A stretch of 58,376 nucleotides of DNA from Girardia tigrina. Lineage: Eukaryota. The stretch covers positions 1 to 58,376 of the forward strand of contig MQRK01248166.1 of the NCBI GenBank assembly GCA_001938485.1, read 5' to 3'. How positions within the stretch are numbered: the stretch's first letter is position 1; each line of letters begins with the position of its first letter. This document shows positions 52,124 through 58,376 of the stretch, in pieces. Position numbers and translations under genes: made by a program. The notes below the pieces were generated by a model. The model was not told the DNA's origin and searched no databases. It saw nothing but the letters and a program-made list of their open reading frames with translations.

Positions 52124-52484
52124 TATTTATGTATTTTTATTTTAAAAACTATTTTTTTGTTTAAAAACTTTAATAATAATTATTCTCGTAAAACCTTGAG
52201 AAGTGTATTTTATTTACCAAAAGTCAGAACTATCGTCAACAAATTATACTAAAGTTTAAATTTTAATTATTTTGATTTAAAATCTTCAGGGGTTTGAGAA
52301 CTTAAGTGAATAAATGTATTATTTTTATTGAAAATAAAGGTAAAGTTAAATATATATAATTAAATATTATAATATAAAAACGATTAAAAATAAGATGTTA
52401 TGTTGTTTATTTCCATCAAGACCGTTTTTTGAATTTGACTGACATTTTGTGTATTTGTCTAATATGTCCTCTTGCGTATACATA

Positions 52485-53315
52485 CGTGGTGCGATCCATA
52501 AGTCCTTAGACTCGACAAGAAAGCAAAGTCCAATCAACTTTATTTTTTCAGAATCAGTACATAACATCAAAGTAAATCATTTCTCAATGTATGAGCCGTG
52601 TACATCAACACACTTGCGCCGGCGAGCAACAAGCTCAGAGAATGCATTTTTAGGACATCAACTGAATGAAAATGGACACCTTTCAAATGTTTCTTTAGGT
52701 GTTTAAACAACGCAAAATCACTTGGGGCTAGCTCAGGGCTATAGGGGGGTGGGAAACCAACTGAAATCCACAGTCATTCACAGCAGTCAAAGTTGCTCGC
52801 GAAGTGTGAATGGGTGCATTGTCTTGAAAGAGCCACAATTGGATTCTTCAGGGCTTCCTACGGGACTTTCTCACATCGCGAAGTAATTCAACATAATACT
52901 CACTATTTATTGTCAGTCGTTTCTCAAGGAAATCAATTTTAATAATACCATGGGAATCCCAGAACACAATCAACATTGCTGCTCGCTTGTGGGAAGTGCC
53001 GCTTTGAAGTTTTCATGGATAACTTTCACAGGGGAAGCACCATTCAGAAGATTGAAGCTTACTCTCAGACACAAACCAGCTCACTGGGGTTTCATCTTGT
53101 GTAACTATGTTGTTGATGAAGCGATCACGATGAGTGTGAAGCAACTCCAAATTGGCAGTGCAACACTTCAAACGTTTGTCGCACATTTCTCCGGATAGGA
53201 AGATATGGTGAGTCATATCTGTAACCAATGATAGTTCATCTATTTATAGTATCAACGGCATATACGTCATAATCTTATTTATCAACGAGTTTAAGGACTT
53301 AGGGATCGCACCACG
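52485..53315 (-). mobile_element. Mariner, internally deleted
   Basis: TIRs CGTGGTGCGATCC(a/c)TAAGTCCTTA(g/a)ACTCG with TA duplication; VTQDET and FQDNAPIH. Confidence 0.92.
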
Positions 53316-53708
53316 TAAGCATTTGTTGAGTCATGATAAGCAACTTGTCCGAGATTTTTCGTAAACATTTTTGTAGTCACATATCGAATATGACTTATGC
53401 ATACACAATTGTGCTCTTATTGTTTGAGATTGTAACTCATAAGGGGTTAAACTTATCTATCCCTAGGGTTTGTTGTAAATTTTGAATTATTAGATAATTG
53501 AATATTGGCTATATGTGAAAAAAATTTGAATTTTTTGCAAATTCAATAAATGTGTTTAAAATTCTAGCATTTTAGTAATTGATGAACTATACGATTTTCT
53601 TACTGAGTTTAATGGAGAGAATGTGTATGCGAAGGTCTTCTTTTACTTGTGGAATTAGTGTAACTAATATATGAATAAATTTTAAGATGTATCACTTAAT
53701 TTAATTTA

Positions 53709-54160
53709 TTAGGTTGATGCAAAAGAAATGTCATTTAATATTCTTGTTTGAAATATTTAGAAAATCATTAATAAATAGATTCATATTTAAATTTACTTTT
53801 AAGCTTAAACTTTGCTCTATATTTTGATACCAAGTATGACATAATTGCTGTTAATTTAAGGTGTATTTATTTTATTTTAAAAATATTAGAAAAGAAGGAA
53901 ATGAGAACAATTTTATTCTACGATTTTAAACTAGGTCGAAAAGTGACAGAAATGACTCGGAATATTAACAATGTATTTGGACAACATACCACTAATTTAC
54001 GAACAGTACAACGTTGGTTTTATAAGTTTCGTAGTGGCAACGAGAGCCTTGAAGATGAAGAACACGGCAGTCGACCATCACAAGTTGACGACGACCATTT
54101 GAAGAAGTTAATCAATGTCGAACCACATAAAAATCCACGGGAAGTCGCTCAAGAACTCAC
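53709..54160 (+). mobile_element. Mariner 5' half (TIR plus HTH domain)
   Basis: TA|TTAGGTTGATGCAAAAGAAATG; ORF from 53901 with RTVQRWF..FRSG..SLEDEE.GSRP. Confidence 0.88.
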
Positions 54161-55082
54161 AAAGAAAGCTCCGGAAAAGGTTAAAACATTCGCATACAGT
54201 CTTCTTCTAAGTAAAAAGTATTGCCTGAAAGGAAAAAAATGAATTTGCTCTATTATGATTAAGCAACACCGATAGACTTGATGCGCAGCGTTTTTAAAAC
54301 TTGTGATTATACCGTTTTAAGACATGAAACCGAAATAATTAATGCTTAATCGGAACATGGCAAACAGATCTTTACAGTTTCTGAATGAAATTATTAACTG
54401 ATAAAATGAATCATTCCATATTCGAAACAAACTTTTTCCGGTAGTGTGTTTGATTTTAAAACATGTTCAAAGGCTTTAGAGCCTCTAAGATTCAGGTGCT
54501 GCAGAAACGTTTCAATTCACTCCATAAGAGTAACTTTTTCACAGAAACAAAATATTTAAGTAATAATTTTAATCATGTATCGTGGTTTTTTAAGGCCACT
54601 TTGGGTGTAGTTTTTGTAGAATGGTTTTATAATAATAACTTTATTTCTTATATAACATTTTATTATTATATATCTTATAATTTAAATAAAAAATAATAGC
54701 CTTTATTATTATTATTATTACATGCGTATTTAAATGTCAAATTAAATAAACTCTAAAGTAAATAATTAAGTAGAAGATTTCAAACTTTGTTATCATTTTT
54801 ATGATTACTATCAAATTAATATATTACAAATAGAATAAACAAAAAATCATTTTATTTTCTTTTAATAATTCAAATAATACAAAAATATATTTATTGTTTA
54901 AATAATTGTATTAATTTTTATTAATACAATATATTTTTCTATAAATAATTTATGTTTTACTTACATTATATCATAAATAAATTATTCTTATTTATTTTAA
55001 TTTTTTTCAAAATTTCTTTCCAACAAAAATGCTAGAAATAATTAAAAAAATAATATTAGCTATATAAAATTAAAATAATTAG

Positions 55083-55304
55083 CTTGGTAACACCCTACTG
55101 GTAACACCCTACTTGACTCCAGATGCGATTCTGAGATACGAGAAGGTCTCAGGGAGAACTTACGAAGAGAAAATGCGATCAGCATTTTCAAAAGAGAAAT
55201 ATATTTTTGATTTGATGAGAGTAGAGTTAAGAGTAGGTTGCGGTGACCCGTCACTTGCGTTTCGCAAAGCAGATGAGATAATCGAAAAATTATTGAAAAA
55301 TTAA
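55083..55304 (+). CDS. Possible terminal exon of an unidentified host gene
   Basis: GC-elevated open frame after a ttag acceptor, ending at TAA; a small tandem duplication (tggtaacaccctac x2) near its start. Confidence 0.3.
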   Translation, partial: LGNTLLVTPYLTPDAILRYEKVSGRTYEEKMRSAFSKEKYIFDLMRVELRVGCGDPSLAFRKADEIIEKLLKN

Positions 55305-55959
55305 TTAAAAAATTAAATTAACTTAAATGAAAAATAATAGAAACGTGTTTTTTTTATTAAAAAACTTTTATCAAAAGAAAAGAATGTTTTTTTAATAATA
55401 TAATAAAATTTTTACAATTTTTATAAATAATAAAAAAATAATTTTATTTTTTTGGTATTTTTTATTGTATTTCTTCTTTAACAAAAGTATTTATTTAAAA
55501 TGAAATTTATTTTTTTTATGATAATAATCTTTATATTTTTATATTTCTAATGGAATTAATCTAAAATACAGAAATGCCATTCTCATTCGTCCGGTAAAAG
55601 AACGATATTTTCTTTTATTTTATAAGAATAATAAAATTATTTTATATTATTATTGATTGTCTTTGAACACTCACTTGAAACAATGCAGTAAAAAATCCAA
55701 AATATAATTTGTTCCATACAGGTTTTAAAACTCATGAAAATGTTTTAAATGGTTTTCAGTTCTGAGGGATGAGGAAGAATTGTTGGGGAAAAAAGAGAAT
55801 TTTTACAACGGATTTTATTTTGACAATTTCCTTTTATTTGATTGGTTAATTTAATGTGCAAATTAAGAGCTGTCGATAAATTTGCTGGACAACATTTATT
55901 CTTTTCTTGAAAGAAAATGCAAATTTTGAAATAAATTTAATAAACCGCGATTGTTACAG

Positions 55960-56250
55960 GAAATACATTTAAAATTTAGAACTTTTCTCGTATTCGAATC
56001 TCGTTTGACAATATATTTGTTATGGATGGAACGTCTCATACTGTGGAGAGACTTCACAACACTCCCGTGAGACAATCCAGGAACACAGTTGTAATGAAAG
56101 TAGTAGAAATATTACAAATAAACTATTAATAAGGTTTATTTTTATGACCAAATGATAATTTTAAACAGTTTAATCGTGAAATATTAAAAAAATATTTTAA
56201 GTAAAATTTCCATTATGATAAATAATAAATAGAGGTAGATAAATGTTTAA
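55960..56250 (+). mobile_element. Penelope-like GIY-YIG remnant
   Basis: ICYGWNVSYCGETSQHSRETIQEH. Confidence 0.6.
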
Positions 56251-56462
56251 ACAACAATCAAAAAAATTTACATCCAAATAGTTAGTCATATAACTATTTT
56301 TTGTAAGTTTATGATGTATTTGCTTTGAAAAACATTTAATAATATAATTTGAATCAACTTACAAATTTTCCATGCCTTTTTTGTAATTTTTAATAAATAA
56401 AAAAAGATAATTGTATTCTAAATTCAAAGATTCTAAGCTTTCATCGATCGTATGACAATCAT

Positions 56463-56580
56463 ATTATGAGGGGTTAATTTAAATTTACATCTCGCCAGAA
56501 TAATTTATTATTTTTTTTAATTTAAAGGTAAAATACTTTAATGTTAATATGCGTATTAAATATTTTAAAAAAATTAAAAA
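56463..56580 (+). repeat. Unclassified dispersed repeat, copy 2
   Basis: Matches 4385-4495 and 58259-58376. Confidence 0.75.
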
Positions 56581-56897
56581 AGGATATAATAAAAAAACTA
56601 TTAAAAAAATCAAATACGTAAATAAAAATAAAATATGATTTTAATGTGTTTTTTAAAAATATTTCAAAAATTAAAAATGATATAATAAAAGAAAATCTTA
56701 AAAAATTAAATATCTATTTAAAAATAAAAAATATCTTTTTAATGTGTCTATAAATATCTTAAAATTAAAAATGATAAGAAAACCATTAAATATTAAATAT
56801 TTGTTTTATAAATAAAAAATATTTGTACAGTCGTAACAATTTATATATTTTAATAGAAATTATGATACAATTTTAAATAAATTTTTAGTTTTAATGG

Positions 56898-57107
56898 GAA
56901 AATTATATAATAAATTTGCAAAATTTTAAGTAAATTTTGAAATAAATTTTTAGTTAAAATGTGAAGATTATTTAATAAATTTGCAAATTTCATTTTTATA
57001 AAAAATTTATATTATTAGAAAATTATATAATAAATTCGCAAAATTTTAAGTAAATTTTGAAATAAATTTTTAGTTAAAATGTGAAGATTATTTAATAAAT
57101 TTGCAAA
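56898..57107. repeat. Tandem duplication with 120-bp period
   Basis: 56898-56987 is repeated at 57018-57107. Confidence 0.85.
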
Positions 57108-58258
57108 ATTTTAGAAATTGAATCGAAAAATTTAATAGATTAATTCGTGGCGGGGAAATTAAATTAACAGAAAAATTTGTTTAAATGTGTGAATTTTTGT
57201 TATAGTAATAAATTTTGGTGTTTAAAAAATGAATCCTGATATTGAGGTTGCAACCACTTTTCACACATATGTAACAGTCAATTGTCGAAGTATATCATCT
57301 TCTAAATCTTGATAGCAGCTTTCCCTTGCGCTCAAGTGAACGTCTTCAACATTTTTCTATCTTCATTTTGACATAATATGTAGTAAATTGAACTTTGTAA
57401 AATCATTCAAAGTCAACGCTTTCACTTTTGAAGAATGAGAATGATGAGGAATTTCAAACAGGAAATAATTCGACTTCTTCTCCTTCCCTGTGTATCAAAA
57501 CACGCATAATAATTATCAGTCTTAAAAGAATCGAGGAATCGATCTATTATTATTCGAGATTATTTACGAGTTATCAAAGAACCGATTTGTTTTGTATCAG
57601 ATAAAGGCAAAGATGGATGAATTCGAGCATCAAAATACCATACAGTTTATTCACAACTTTAGAATGCTGATGTTAAATTTTTATTTATATTCCTGCTGAT
57701 CCTAGGATTGACAAGCTGAAGTCTGTTTCGGGCAAAAGTCGAGCACTGGTCGATTGGATTTTCTACACGATACTTAGTCTCAAATTATTGACTGCATTTT
57801 TGATGGGATGAAGGAAAATTTAATTTTGGTGTACTTCATATAAATCTATATAACTATTTTTCTGTACAACGATAATTGACGATTTATAACTGGTATATTT
57901 GGCAAGTTGTTCACATTCGCCGCATGGTGGGGTTGGTGGGGAATGTCTGGATTGTGGGTAAATTTTAAATTTAAAATTAATCAATATTTTAATTTTTGTT
58001 TTAATTAAATATTTTATCAAATTTATTAAAGTTCTAAATTTTAGTTTTGATCCAATATCCTATAAATTCTATTAAATTAAATGTTCATTTTTTAATTAAA
58101 TATTTGATTTATCATATTAAAGTAAATATTCCTTTATGATATCATTTCATGGAACTCGTATCAATGGTTTTTTTTTACTAAGTGCGAAATATAAAAAAAA
58201 TAATTCAAGCGAAGGTTTATTACAAAAATATTAGTATAATCCTGATTTCGCTCTTTCA

Positions 58259-58376
58259 GTATTATGAGGGGTTAATTTTAAATTTTTATCTCGCCTGAAT
58301 AGTTTATTATTTTTTAATTTAAAGGGTAAAATATTTTTATATTAATTTGCTTATTAAATATTTTAAAAAATTAAAA
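58259..58376 (+). repeat. Unclassified dispersed repeat, copy 3 (runs off the window)
   Basis: Matches 4385-4495 and 56463-56580. Confidence 0.75.

Overview
Very AT-rich, TE-dense eukaryotic (probably invertebrate) draft-genome window with four N gaps. No rRNA, tRNA or CRISPR array is visible. Most recognisable sequence is decayed DNA transposons: about 10 mariner, 5 Tc1 and 3 pogo/Tigger copies, most with readable TIRs and TA target duplications. There are also five Penelope-like (GIY-YIG) remnants with minimal hammerhead-ribozyme motifs and a fragmented Polinton/Maverick (packaging ATPase, integrase-chromodomain, minor capsid). Host-derived pieces include a calpain-like pseudogene and several decayed copies of an unrecognised signal-peptide gene family. 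The most unusual structure is 15354-20272, a ~4.9 kb palindromically organised Gypsy-derived composite. It has two divergent gag units and the same LTR-like repeat inverted at both ends. Its left arm is split by a 1.26 kb TG...CA-bounded insert with a perfect 5-bp target duplication, carrying an open, truncated 14-3-3 reading frame. A second notable structure is an alternating inverted array of hammerhead-bearing units at 45680-46302. All calls come from reading the sequence by eye; no searches were run.
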